Below, in pieces: positions 16,353 to 25,117 of a stretch of DNA of 25,740 nt (positions are counted from its first letter, which is position 1; every line of letters starts with the position of its first letter). The stretch is from an uncultured archaeon. GTDB taxonomy: Archaea; Asgardarchaeota; Heimdallarchaeia; Heimdallarchaeales; Heimdallarchaeaceae. Position numbers and translations under genes: made by a program. Location of the stretch: NCBI GenBank assembly GCA_964549075.1, contig CAZJUB010000034.1:1-25740 (forward strand). The letters are read 5' to 3'. The notes under the pieces are model-generated. The model was not told the DNA's origin. It ran no database searches and worked only from the letters and a program-made list of their open reading frames with translations.

Positions 16353-17477
16353 CTATTTCATTAGTCTCGTTATGATATTTTCTTCTAGATAATAATTGAC
16401 TATATTTTCCATAGTTTCTGTAAGAGGATATTGTGGTTTATATCCTATATTTTGATTTGCTTTCGAATAATCACAAATCAAGATATTTACTTCAGCAGGT
16501 CTATATCTTGACTTATCTGTCACAAGTTTATACTCAATTTCAAATAGTGAAGATGTAAGTTCAACAAGGTTCTCTATTGATATTCCGTACCCATGTCCAA
16601 GATTGTATTTTTCTCCTTTTTTTCCATTTAAAGCTGCTAAAATATAGCCTTGAACCATATCTCTTATATCTGTGAAATCTCGTATTGGTTTAGGATTTCC
16701 AATTATAATGTTCTTATTTTTTCCTTTAACCACTTGTGCTACTTGATTAGCTACTACAGAAGTTACAAATTGAAGACCTCTTCTTGGACCAGTATGGTTA
16801 AAACCTCTTGTTATCACAACTGGCACACCATAAGCCTTATGATATACAAGAGAATACATTTCTGTAGCAACCTTACTTGCTGCATAAGGTGATTGAGGAC
16901 GTAAAGGATTCTCCTCATTTATAGGAATTTCATTTGGATGTACTAAACCATATTCCTCACTACTACAAGCAACATGCATACTTTGAAGATCTAATTCTTT
17001 TTTTCTCAATACTTCTAGTAAATTTACTGTACCTTGAATATTAGTATGAACTGATTCTATAGGAGCATTAAACGATGTTGGAACGAATGATTGTGCTGCT
17101 AAATGAAAAATATAATTAGGTTCTATTGATGTAATTACTGATTCAAGAGAAGGATAATCTATCAAATTAGCTTCTTTAAGAGATATTTTGTCTACAATTC
17201 TATATATGTTGGGATAGATGGGTACCGATTGCCTTCTTACAGTTCCATACAATTGTATATTTTCGTCTAGTGCTACTAATTTCTCAGCTAAATGACTACC
17301 AACAAATCCTGTAATCCCTGTGATTAGTATTCTAGAATCTGCAAGTTTACTCCTATCAAATAGATCTTTCTTTTCTTTATCAAATAATTTCAAATAATTT
17401 TCTAATTTATGAGGATCTAATAATAAACTTGAATATTTATTATAAATCTCTTCGAAGAATTTGTCATTATTCGACAT
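16353..17477 (-). CDS. GDP-mannose 4,6-dehydratase / GDP-4-keto-6-deoxymannose reductase family SDR
   Basis: Motifs ITGITGFVGSHL, HLAAQSFV, SSEEYG, SPYAASK, FNHTGPRRG and RDFTD; adjacent to fcl. Confidence 0.85.
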   Translation of the reverse strand: MSNNDKFFEEIYNKYSSLLLDPHKLENYLKLFDKEKKDLFDRSKLADSRILITGITGFVGSHLAEKLVALDENIQLYGTVRRQSVPIYPNIYRIVDKISLKEANLIDYPSLESVITSIEPNYIFHLAAQSFVPTSFNAPIESVHTNIQGTVNLLEVLRKKELDLQSMHVACSSEEYGLVHPNEIPINEENPLRPQSPYAASKVATEMYSLVYHKAYGVPVVITRGFNHTGPRRGLQFVTSVVANQVAQVVKGKNKNIIIGNPKPIRDFTDIRDMVQGYILAALNGKKGEKYNLGHGYGISIENLVELTSSLFEIEYKLVTDKSRYRPAEVNILICDYSKANQNIGYKPQYPLTETMENIVNYYLEENIITRLMK

Positions 17478-17569
17478 ACATTATTATAGAATTTACACAA
17501 TTTAAATATCTTTTGAAAAAAATCTAGCAAATTATGAATCAGCATTTTGATGATTTTCAAATCTAAGTA

Positions 17570-18496
17570 TCATCCATTTTTCAAATACCATTCATATGTT
17601 TTTTTAATTCCTTCTTTCAAAGATGTTTTTGCTAACCATCCTAAATTATTAATTTTAGAGGTATCTAAAACTTTTTGTGGAGTTCCATCAGGTTTGGTCT
17701 TATCGTATGTTATCTTACCTTCATAACCTATAATTTCCTTTATCAATGATGCAAGTTCTTTGATAGAAATATCTTTTCCAACACCTACATTTATTAACTC
17801 AGAAGAAGAATAATTATTTAATAAAAATAGACAGGCATCTGCCAGATCATCAATATATAAAAATTCTCTTTTTGCAGAACCTGTACCCCACAATTCTACG
17901 AAAGAAGATTTGCTTTCATTGGCTTCATGTATTTTTCGAATTAATGCAGGTAGAACATGAGATGTTTCCAAATCAAAGTTATCATTTGGACCATATAAAT
18001 TCGTAGGCATTGCTGAAATAAAATTTGTACCATATTGTTTATTATAAAATTGACACATCTTGATTCCAGCAATTTTTGCGATTGCATAAGCTTCGTTTGT
18101 TGGTTCTAATAAACCAGTAAGTAAATATTCTTCCTTTATTGGTTGGTCAGAGTATTTGGGATAGATACATGAGCTCCCTAGAAAGAGGAGTTTCTCAGTT
18201 GAAGCTTTGTAAGCTGAATCGATTATATTGGATTGAATCATTATATTGTCATAAATGAATTCAGCTGGATAAGTATCATTTGCTAGAATACCCCCAACTT
18301 TTGCAGCTGCCAATATCACGAATTTAGGTTTCTCTTTATCGAAAAAATCGAGAACAGCTTTTTGATTTCTCAAATCTAAATCCTTTCTCTCTTGTGTGAG
18401 TATATTTGTGTAACCTCTATTTTTTAATAATCGCAATATCGAAGAACCAACTAGTCCATTGTGCCCTGCTACAAATATAGAATCTCCTTTTCTCAT
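17570..18496 (-). CDS. fcl: GDP-L-fucose synthase
   Basis: Motifs VAGHNGLVGS, AAAKVGGILAN, GSSCIYPK, EPTNEAYAIAK, MPTNLYGPNDNF, SHVLPAL and KPDGTP. Alternative GTG start at 18505. Confidence 0.96.
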   Translation of the reverse strand: MRKGDSIFVAGHNGLVGSSILRLLKNRGYTNILTQERKDLDLRNQKAVLDFFDKEKPKFVILAAAKVGGILANDTYPAEFIYDNIMIQSNIIDSAYKASTEKLLFLGSSCIYPKYSDQPIKEEYLLTGLLEPTNEAYAIAKIAGIKMCQFYNKQYGTNFISAMPTNLYGPNDNFDLETSHVLPALIRKIHEANESKSSFVELWGTGSAKREFLYIDDLADACLFLLNNYSSSELINVGVGKDISIKELASLIKEIIGYEGKITYDKTKPDGTPQKVLDTSKINNLGWLAKTSLKEGIKKTYEWYLKNG

Positions 18497-18527
18497 AGAA
18501 TGCACTGGAATAAGGGGGGTTAGTGCA

Positions 18528-19841
18528 TTATTTTAAATTTTCTGTAAGATTGTTCAAATCAGGTTGATCGTGAGATTTCTTTCTCGAAGACAAATACAGA
18601 CTGATTCCAGCCAGAATTAGAGTGGATAAAAACCAAGAAAAGTTTATCGAGATAATATCTAAAATTGGTTTGAAAATGAAGATGCATACAAAGTAAATTA
18701 CAGATTGAATTGCAAAAAGAATTTGCAGCATTCCCTTTTCGTTTCTTTGCCTTAAAGCTGACATGTAGATGAGAAATATAGAGAGAGGGTAAATAGACAA
18801 TACGACTAGAAGTAAAGACCAGAAGTAGTCTGATGAATATTGAAGATCAAATAATAGAAAAATATATTTTTGTAAACTCAGCAGAGGAACAACAATAATT
18901 GTTTCTATTATATATGCAAATTTCAGTCTGTTAAGAAGTGATTTTAATGTAGAATCTCTTTTCTCTGTTATTAAAACAAAAGATAACGAGTTTGGAAATG
19001 AAGCGAGTAATCCTAAAATTGACCATGCAACATATATGAATGCAGCATCTTCAGCATTAAAGAGTTTGATTACAAGAGGAGTTGTTAAGAGCATTGGTAA
19101 AGATTGGATAAGTGTTCCTGTGTGATTACTAAATGAAAAAGATATGAATTTTTTTAGAGGGATATTTTTCTCATTCTCCCTCTCTTCTTCTTTTCTATTC
19201 TTTTTCTTTAATATAATGAAAAGAGCAGCTATTAAGATACTTGTTAGTTGTGAAACCACCCACAGAATCAGCATACTTAATTCTGTATTAGGAATAAAAT
19301 TAGTGAAAGCTAAAATTGCAATACCAGAAAATAGAATAGTATTGGAAATTATTTCCTTAACTAAAAGGAAAAAAGGACTTTTAATACCAACAAGTACATC
19401 ATCAAAAATAAGGAAAAATGAGACCACCAATGTTGATAGAAATGTAAATATGAACCAATAGAATTTACTAATTCCTATCAGTAATCTCAGATAATCAAAA
19501 CCAAGTACAAAGATGATTGCAAATAGAATATTTAGAGCTATTGGAATCAAAGATATAGTCGCAAGTTGTTTCTTCTTAAAAGAGTATATTGGGAATTTCA
19601 AAAATGCTGTCTGAATGCCAAACATAGTGAATATTGCTCCTAGTCTTAATACAGAAACGACAGAGGACATCTCTCCTATTCCTTCAGAAGTGAAAAAATA
19701 ACCAACAACAATCCAGAAAAGAAAAGCAATTACACTACGAAAGCCTATTGTTATAAATCGAAGAATAGTAGCTTTGTACACATCTTGATTCCAGTAATTT
19801 ATTATTTGCTCCCATAGTATTTTAGGCTTAAAAATTTTCAA
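18528..19841 (-). CDS. wzx: Wzx/MOP-family oligosaccharide flippase
   Basis: Approximately 12 hydrophobic segments, with FLFWIVVGYFFTSEGIG, FGIQTAFLKF, FSFSNH and AAFIYVAW patterns. Glycan-cluster context. Confidence 0.75.
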   Translation of the reverse strand: MKIFKPKILWEQIINYWNQDVYKATILRFITIGFRSVIAFLFWIVVGYFFTSEGIGEMSSVVSVLRLGAIFTMFGIQTAFLKFPIYSFKKKQLATISLIPIALNILFAIIFVLGFDYLRLLIGISKFYWFIFTFLSTLVVSFFLIFDDVLVGIKSPFFLLVKEIISNTILFSGIAILAFTNFIPNTELSMLILWVVSQLTSILIAALFIILKKKNRKEEERENEKNIPLKKFISFSFSNHTGTLIQSLPMLLTTPLVIKLFNAEDAAFIYVAWSILGLLASFPNSLSFVLITEKRDSTLKSLLNRLKFAYIIETIIVVPLLSLQKYIFLLFDLQYSSDYFWSLLLVVLSIYPLSIFLIYMSALRQRNEKGMLQILFAIQSVIYFVCIFIFKPILDIISINFSWFLSTLILAGISLYLSSRKKSHDQPDLNNLTENLK

Positions 19842-19874
19842 TTTAGCTCATCTTCCATATGTTTAGTTTTTTAA

Positions 19875-20651
19875 TTACTTCTCAAGTTTATTTTTGAATT
19901 TTCTATATTCCCATTTTTCACCTATATGTTCGGTTTTACTTATGAGTTTTTTGTCTTCTCTGACATAATTCCAATCTTTCTTTGGTGTTCTCCAATCTTC
20001 ACCATAATAATAAGCTAAATATTGTTCAGCTTCTACTGGAAATAGAAAATCCATATCATAAAATTTCTTTTTTTCGAGATTTAAGAAATATTTACTTGGT
20101 GTTACAACTAATCCTCTTCTATTTTTGGTTTTTACTGCTAGATTATTTAGAAACGAAGCCATTCCAAGTTTGAAGCACTGTGGAAACAAATCAGATATTT
20201 TCGACCCACAATATTTAATGATTTTTGAAAAGGAATTAAGAGTTTCTTCATTTAACTTACCTGATCTCGAAAATAATAGCATCCAGCTAAGAGAAGCTAA
20301 GATGAAACCGATCTTGTTTTCTATGTACCTTAAAGGAGCGATTGCTCTGTCACCATCTAATCTCCAAAATACCAACTGGATATCTATCTCTCCTTTCCTA
20401 ATCATCATAACATTGTGGTACACTGAATAATAAGTTTCATACCCCAATTCACAGAAAGCTCTATTCAGTTTCTTCATCTTTGGTAAATTTATATCCCAGG
20501 TTCCAATATCTATATCATAATCCCATTTTATAAAACCACCTTCCCTTATTGCCCCAAGTAATGTACCGGATTCTAACCAAAATTCAATGCCATTTTCATC
20601 GAGTATACCTTTTAGTTGCTTTAAGGCTTCCAAAGCTTCTGTTTCTTCCAT
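19875..20651 (-). CDS. licD: LicD-family phospho-ligand transferase (fukutin-related nucleotidyltransferase fold)
   Basis: Motifs FWLESGTLLGAIREGGFIKWDYDIDI and YLAYYYGEDWRTP. Confidence 0.92.
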   Translation of the reverse strand: MEETEALEALKQLKGILDENGIEFWLESGTLLGAIREGGFIKWDYDIDIGTWDINLPKMKKLNRAFCELGYETYYSVYHNVMMIRKGEIDIQLVFWRLDGDRAIAPLRYIENKIGFILASLSWMLLFSRSGKLNEETLNSFSKIIKYCGSKISDLFPQCFKLGMASFLNNLAVKTKNRRGLVVTPSKYFLNLEKKKFYDMDFLFPVEAEQYLAYYYGEDWRTPKKDWNYVREDKKLISKTEHIGEKWEYRKFKNKLEK

Positions 20652-20736
20652 TAAAATTCACTTTAAATATCTACAGAAATCTGAACATATAAGCTATTTA
20701 TGTCTTAATATATGTAAATAACAATTTTTTTAAGGA
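20652..20736. promoter_or_regulatory. Divergent promoter region between licD and pepM
   Basis: TATA-like TTAATATA at 20705-20712 (+ strand, 24 nt before ATG 20737) and TTATAT on the minus strand at about 20687-20692. Confidence 0.45.
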
Positions 20737-22056
20737 ATGCAACGAGTAGCTAGTCGAATGAAGAAAGTATATATCGCGATGAGTGCAGATTTTATTCATG
20801 CTGGTCATATTAACATTATATCTAAAGCGCGAGAACTTGGAGAGATAATAGTTGGGCTACTAACAGACGAAGCTATTGCTACCTATAAAAGATTACCAGT
20901 TTTAAATTATGAACAAAGAAAAATCCTGATAGAGAATATATCTGGAGTTTCACAAGTAATTCCTCAAAATACATTGAATTATACTGAAAATTTGAGGAAA
21001 ATAAAACCTGAATATGTTGTTCATGGAACAGATTGGCGAATTGGTGTGCAAAAAAATACTAGGGAAAAAGTTATTGAGGTTCTTAAGGAATGGGGAGGAC
21101 AGCTAGTAGAATATGAATATACTCCTGGATTATCATCAGGAGATTTAATCAAAGAAATGTTTGGAATTGGTATAACACCTGGTCGCAGAATGAGGAAATT
21201 AAATAATTTAATCGAACTTAAACCAATAGTGCGAATTTTAGAAGTTCATAATGGATTAACTGGAAGAATAGTTGAAGAAATCAAAATTGAAGGAGAAAGT
21301 GTCAGAGAATTCGATGGAATGTGGTTAAGTAGTTTGACTGATTCAACAGCTAAAGGAAAACCAGATATAGAATATGTAGATATAACATCTCGTATTCAGA
21401 CGATAAATGAGATCTTTGATGTTACTACAAAACCATTAATCCTTGATGGTGATACAGGAGGATTACCAGAGCATTTTCAACTTACTGTGAAAACACTTGA
21501 GAGATATGGTGTATCAGCTGTGATAATTGAAGATAAAATTGGGTTGAAAAAGAATTCTCTATTCGGAACATCTATTGAACAAAATCAAGATACCATTGAA
21601 AATTTTTGTACCAAAATTAGAGCAGGAAAAAAAGCTCAAATAACAGATAGTTTCATGATAATTGCTCGAATAGAAAGCTTAATTCTTAAAAAAGGTGTAG
21701 ATGATGCCCTTAAAAGAGCTGAAGCATACATAGAATCTGGTGCAGATGGTATTATGATCCACAGTAAGGAAGAAAAACCAGATGAAATACTAGAATTCTG
21801 TAAGAAATACAATAAACTTGAAACAAAGGTCCCTCTAGTAGCAGTTCCTACAACATATAACAAAATAACTGAGGATGAGCTTATTGATGCAGGGGTTAAA
21901 ATTGTAATATATGCCAATCACATGTTAAGAAGTGCTTATCCTTCAATGATCAAAACTGCAAAAAGCATTCTAGAACATAAAAGAAGCTATGAAGCATCTG
22001 AAGAGTATTGTATGCCGATTGATGAAATTATTAAGTTAATACCTGGTGCTCAATAA
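20737..22056 (+). CDS. pepM: Phosphoenolpyruvate mutase with N-terminal HxGH cytidylyltransferase domain
   Basis: N-terminal DFIHAGH, VVHGTDW and GLSS. The PepM domain has the EDKx5NS signature ([10 protein letters not shown]) plus LDGDTG, IARIES and IYANH. Alternative start ATG 20758. Confidence 0.96.
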   Translation: MQRVASRMKKVYIAMSADFIHAGHINIISKARELGEIIVGLLTDEAIATYKRLPVLNYEQRKILIENISGVSQVIPQNTLNYTENLRKIKPEYVVHGTDWRIGVQKNTREKVIEVLKEWGGQLVEYEYTPGLSSGDLIKEMFGIGITPGRRMRKLNNLIELKPIVRILEVHNGLTGRIVEEIKIEGESVREFDGMWLSSLTDSTAKGKPDIEYVDITSRIQTINEIFDVTTKPLILDGDTGGLPEHFQLTVKTLERYGVSAVIIEDKIGLKKNSLFGTSIEQNQDTIENFCTKIRAGKKAQITDSFMIIARIESLILKKGVDDALKRAEAYIESGADGIMIHSKEEKPDEILEFCKKYNKLETKVPLVAVPTTYNKITEDELIDAGVKIVIYANHMLRSAYPSMIKTAKSILEHKRSYEASEEYCMPIDEIIKLIPGAQ

Positions 22057-23174
22057 TGAATTGTAAAGACCTTTGGCGAATCTTTGAAAATGAGGGATTT
22101 AATTTTTTTACAGGAGTTCCTGATTCTACTTTTAAATCTTGGATGAGTTTTCTTGAGAGCAAAGACGAAGAACAATTTACAAATATTATAGCAAGCAATG
22201 AATGTGAAGCTGTAGGAATTGCTTCTGGTTATCATCTTTCTACAGGTAAAATAGGAGTTGTTTATATGCAAAATGCAGGCTTGGGAAAAACTGTTAATCC
22301 TATCACTTCGTTGGTGGATAAGGAGGTATATTCTATTCCCATTTTGCTTATGATAGGATGGAGAGGTCAACCAGGTATGAAAGATGAACCACAGCACATA
22401 AAAATGGGTAAAATAACTCTGCCTTTACTCGAATTACTTGATATTCCTTACTCAATATTACCTGAAGATAAAAATTCTGCTACAGATGTAATTAAAAACG
22501 CCAAAAAAGATATTGTAAAAACAAGTTCTCCATTTGCTATAATTTTAAAGAAGGGAACATTAGAGCCATATTTATCTGAAAGCAGCGAGGATAAATTTCA
22601 ATTAAATCGTGAAGATGTAATCAAATCATTACTTGAGTATTCTAGAGATTTCTTAATTGTTTCAACAACGGGTAAGACTTCAAGAGAATTGTTCGAGAAC
22701 AGAATAAACAGAAATGAAAAACCAAGAGATTTTTATACTGTAGGTTCAATGGGTTGTGCATCTGCCATTTCACTAGGAATCGCTTTAAATTCTTCAAAGA
22801 AAGTCATGATATTAGATGGGGATGGTTCTGTACTCATGCAAATGGGAACTTTAGCTACAATAGGGCATTATAAACCTAATAATCTTTTACACATAATTTT
22901 TGATAACCAAAGTCATGAATCTACTGGAGGACAACCTACAGTATCAAGTACTGTTAATTTTGATAAAATTTCTTTAGCTTGTGGTTATAAATCAGTAATA
23001 ACTATTGCTCAAGAAAATGACTTGAAAGATTTCTTATCAAGAATAAACAACTTAGAATATCCATGTATGGCTGTTATCAAAACTAAAAAACATTCAAGAG
23101 CTGATTTAGGGCGACCTACTACTACACCTAGACAAAATAAGGATTGTTTTATGAAATATATTTCAGAAGAGTAA
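22056..23174 (+). CDS. aepY: Phosphonopyruvate decarboxylase (aepY/ppd)
   Basis: Motifs FFTGVPDS, NECEAVG, YMQNAGLG, GWRG..DEPQH, STTGKTSRELF, VGSMG, DGDGS and HESTGGQ. TAATG overlap with pepM. Confidence 0.96.
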   Translation: MNCKDLWRIFENEGFNFFTGVPDSTFKSWMSFLESKDEEQFTNIIASNECEAVGIASGYHLSTGKIGVVYMQNAGLGKTVNPITSLVDKEVYSIPILLMIGWRGQPGMKDEPQHIKMGKITLPLLELLDIPYSILPEDKNSATDVIKNAKKDIVKTSSPFAIILKKGTLEPYLSESSEDKFQLNREDVIKSLLEYSRDFLIVSTTGKTSRELFENRINRNEKPRDFYTVGSMGCASAISLGIALNSSKKVMILDGDGSVLMQMGTLATIGHYKPNNLLHIIFDNQSHESTGGQPTVSSTVNFDKISLACGYKSVITIAQENDLKDFLSRINNLEYPCMAVIKTKKHSRADLGRPTTTPRQNKDCFMKYISEE

Positions 23175-23197
23175 AAGTAATTGGACAAGTTGAGAAG

Positions 23198-24352
23198 ATG
23201 GTAAAATATTATAATCCTGTTGAAATAATCTTTGGTTCATCCTCAATAGAACAAATATCAGAGGTTGCTAGAAAATATACACTCAACAAGAATATTGTAG
23301 TAATAGCAAGTAAATTTCTAAGAAGATTAGGTATTCTTCAGAAAATCAATAATATCTTGGTTAATGATGGTTTTAACTGTACAAATTATGAAAACGTCAA
23401 GATAAATCCTACTTTTAATTCAATAAGAGAGATATCACAATTTACTTCTGATAATGACTATGGATTAGTAGTTGGTATTGGTGGAGGTTCTGTTTTAGAT
23501 TCAGCAAAATGTGCTTCAATCCTAGCTAATAATGAAGGTGATGTATCTAATTATCTCGAAAAAAACGAAGAAATAAAGAATAGTGGTATCCCCCTCATAC
23601 TTGTTCCTACGACGGCTGGTACAGGAAGCGAAGTTACTATGTGGGCTACAGTTTGGAGAAACCAAGAAGGATTCAAGAAAAAATACTCCTTATCAAATGT
23701 GAAGATGTATGCTAAAGCAGCAATCTTAGATCCAGAGATGACAATCAGTTTACCTCCTGAACTAACTGCAATTACTGGATTGGATGCCTTATCTCAAGCT
23801 ATTGAAGCTTATTGGTCAAAAAACCACAATCCAATTTCTGATGAACATGCATTAAATGCTATTTCACTTATTATTGAAAATCTTGAAAAAGCCTACAAAA
23901 AACCGTCTGAAATTAAGTATCGAGAAAAAATGCTTCTTGGGAGTCTAGAAGCAGGTCTTGCCTTTAGTAATACAAAAACAACAGTAGTACATTCTGTTTC
24001 TTACCCAATTTCAGCTTATTTTAATGTTCCTCATGGATTAGCGTGTGCTTTGACATTAGGGAGCTTTTTAGAATTTAATTCAATTCCAGATGAAAATAAT
24101 CTTCCTGAAGCTCCTGATAGAATCGCTACAATCTCAAAATTATTAGATGCTAACAACTCAAGGGAATCTAAAGAAAGAATAGAATCACTAATGACTAATA
24201 TGAATTTACCTACTACGTTGACTCAACTTGGTATATCGAAGAAAGATTTAGAAATTTTAATCTCAGAAGGTTTTACTAAAGGAAGGTTTGAAAACAATCC
24301 AAGAAAAGTTACCAAAAATGATTTGTATAAAATTCTTGAAAATATTCTATAG
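23198..24352 (+). CDS. Iron-containing (group III) alcohol dehydrogenase, phosphonoacetaldehyde reductase (PhpC/FomC-like)
   Basis: Motifs GGGSVLDSAK, PTTAGTGSEVT.WATVW, DALSQAIE.YWS, AFSNTKTT..HS.SY and VPHG; directly follows ppd. Start set at MVKYYNP (23198). Confidence 0.88.
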   Translation: MVKYYNPVEIIFGSSSIEQISEVARKYTLNKNIVVIASKFLRRLGILQKINNILVNDGFNCTNYENVKINPTFNSIREISQFTSDNDYGLVVGIGGGSVLDSAKCASILANNEGDVSNYLEKNEEIKNSGIPLILVPTTAGTGSEVTMWATVWRNQEGFKKKYSLSNVKMYAKAAILDPEMTISLPPELTAITGLDALSQAIEAYWSKNHNPISDEHALNAISLIIENLEKAYKKPSEIKYREKMLLGSLEAGLAFSNTKTTVVHSVSYPISAYFNVPHGLACALTLGSFLEFNSIPDENNLPEAPDRIATISKLLDANNSRESKERIESLMTNMNLPTTLTQLGISKKDLEILISEGFTKGRFENNPRKVTKNDLYKILENIL

Positions 24353-24361
24353 GTTTGTGAA

Positions 24362-25078
24362 ATGAAAGCAATTATCCTTAACTCCGGTTCTGGTGAGAGA
24401 TTAAAACCTCTTACAAGTAAAATTCCTAAATGTTTAGTTAAGATTAATGACATATCTATACTAGAATATCAATTAAAGATTTTAACAGACAAAGGTATCA
24501 AAGAATTTGTCATAACTACAGGTCCATTCGAAAAAAGTATCAAAGATTTGGTAAACAAATTTTATTCAGACAAAATTGTTACTTTTGTAAAAAATCCGGA
24601 ATATAAGAAAACAAATTATATTTATTCACTTTGGTTAGCTAGAAATGAAATAGATGATGATGTACTTTTACTTCATGGAGATTTAGTATTCGAATCTTCA
24701 TTAGTTGACAAACTACTTAACAAGTGTGATTTCAACTGCATTCCTATCAACAATTCTATTGCAGCCCCTAAAAAAGATTTTAAGGCTTTGATAGAGAATG
24801 ATGAAGTAAAAAAAATAGGAGTAAACATATTTGCTGATAATGCTTATTTTTGTGCTCCAATTTATAAAATGAGTCAAGCATCAATGCTCGAATGGTTAGA
24901 GAGGATTGATATTTATGTCAATGATGGAAGAACTTCAAATTATGCTGAAGATGCATTCAATGAAATAGCAGAAAAATTGCGCTGTAAAGTGCTTTATTTT
25001 AACGATTTTTGCATGGAAATAGATACTATTAGTGATCTTTCTAAAGCTAGAAAATTTTTCGCAAATAAGAAATTCTGA
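24362..25078 (+). CDS. LicC/PntC-type cytidylyltransferase (phosphonyl-tailoring candidate)
   Basis: Motifs IILNSGSGERL.PLT..IPKCL, NPEYKKTNYIYSL, LHGDLVF and EIDT..DL. Last gene of the pepM operon. Confidence 0.85.
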   Translation: MKAIILNSGSGERLKPLTSKIPKCLVKINDISILEYQLKILTDKGIKEFVITTGPFEKSIKDLVNKFYSDKIVTFVKNPEYKKTNYIYSLWLARNEIDDDVLLLHGDLVFESSLVDKLLNKCDFNCIPINNSIAAPKKDFKALIENDEVKKIGVNIFADNAYFCAPIYKMSQASMLEWLERIDIYVNDGRTSNYAEDAFNEIAEKLRCKVLYFNDFCMEIDTISDLSKARKFFANKKF

Positions 25079-25117
25079 AACTAATAAAATTCAGAAGCCA
25101 TGGTTGAATGTTTAATT

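Noticed and set aside
19838-19858. 6-codon ORF MEDELN whose TGA overlaps the wzx TTG start (possible uORF or frameshifted start)
   Set aside because: Too short to distinguish from chance; read-level or ortholog data would be needed.
672-24453. Short alternative-frame or antisense ORFs in the track (e.g. 672..956, 902..1141, 1695..1970, 2369..2650, 10899..11222, 19144..19461, 21636..21917, 22050..22397, 24223..24453)
   Set aside because: They lie inside well-supported genes and show no recognisable motifs, so they are treated as shadow ORFs.
20737-25078. Phosphonate antibiotic (fosfomycin-like) cluster, or an isocitrate-lyase-family mis-call of PepM
   Set aside because: EDKx5NS plus adjacent ppd supports PepM. 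No radical-SAM methyltransferase, epoxidase, peptide ligase or resistance kinase is present, and the context is glycan assembly.
10531-25110. Similar AATTCA...GTTGAATG strings at 10531-10550 and 25088-25110 as attachment sites
   Set aside because: The match is short and gapped in AT-rich DNA, and no recombinase is nearby.
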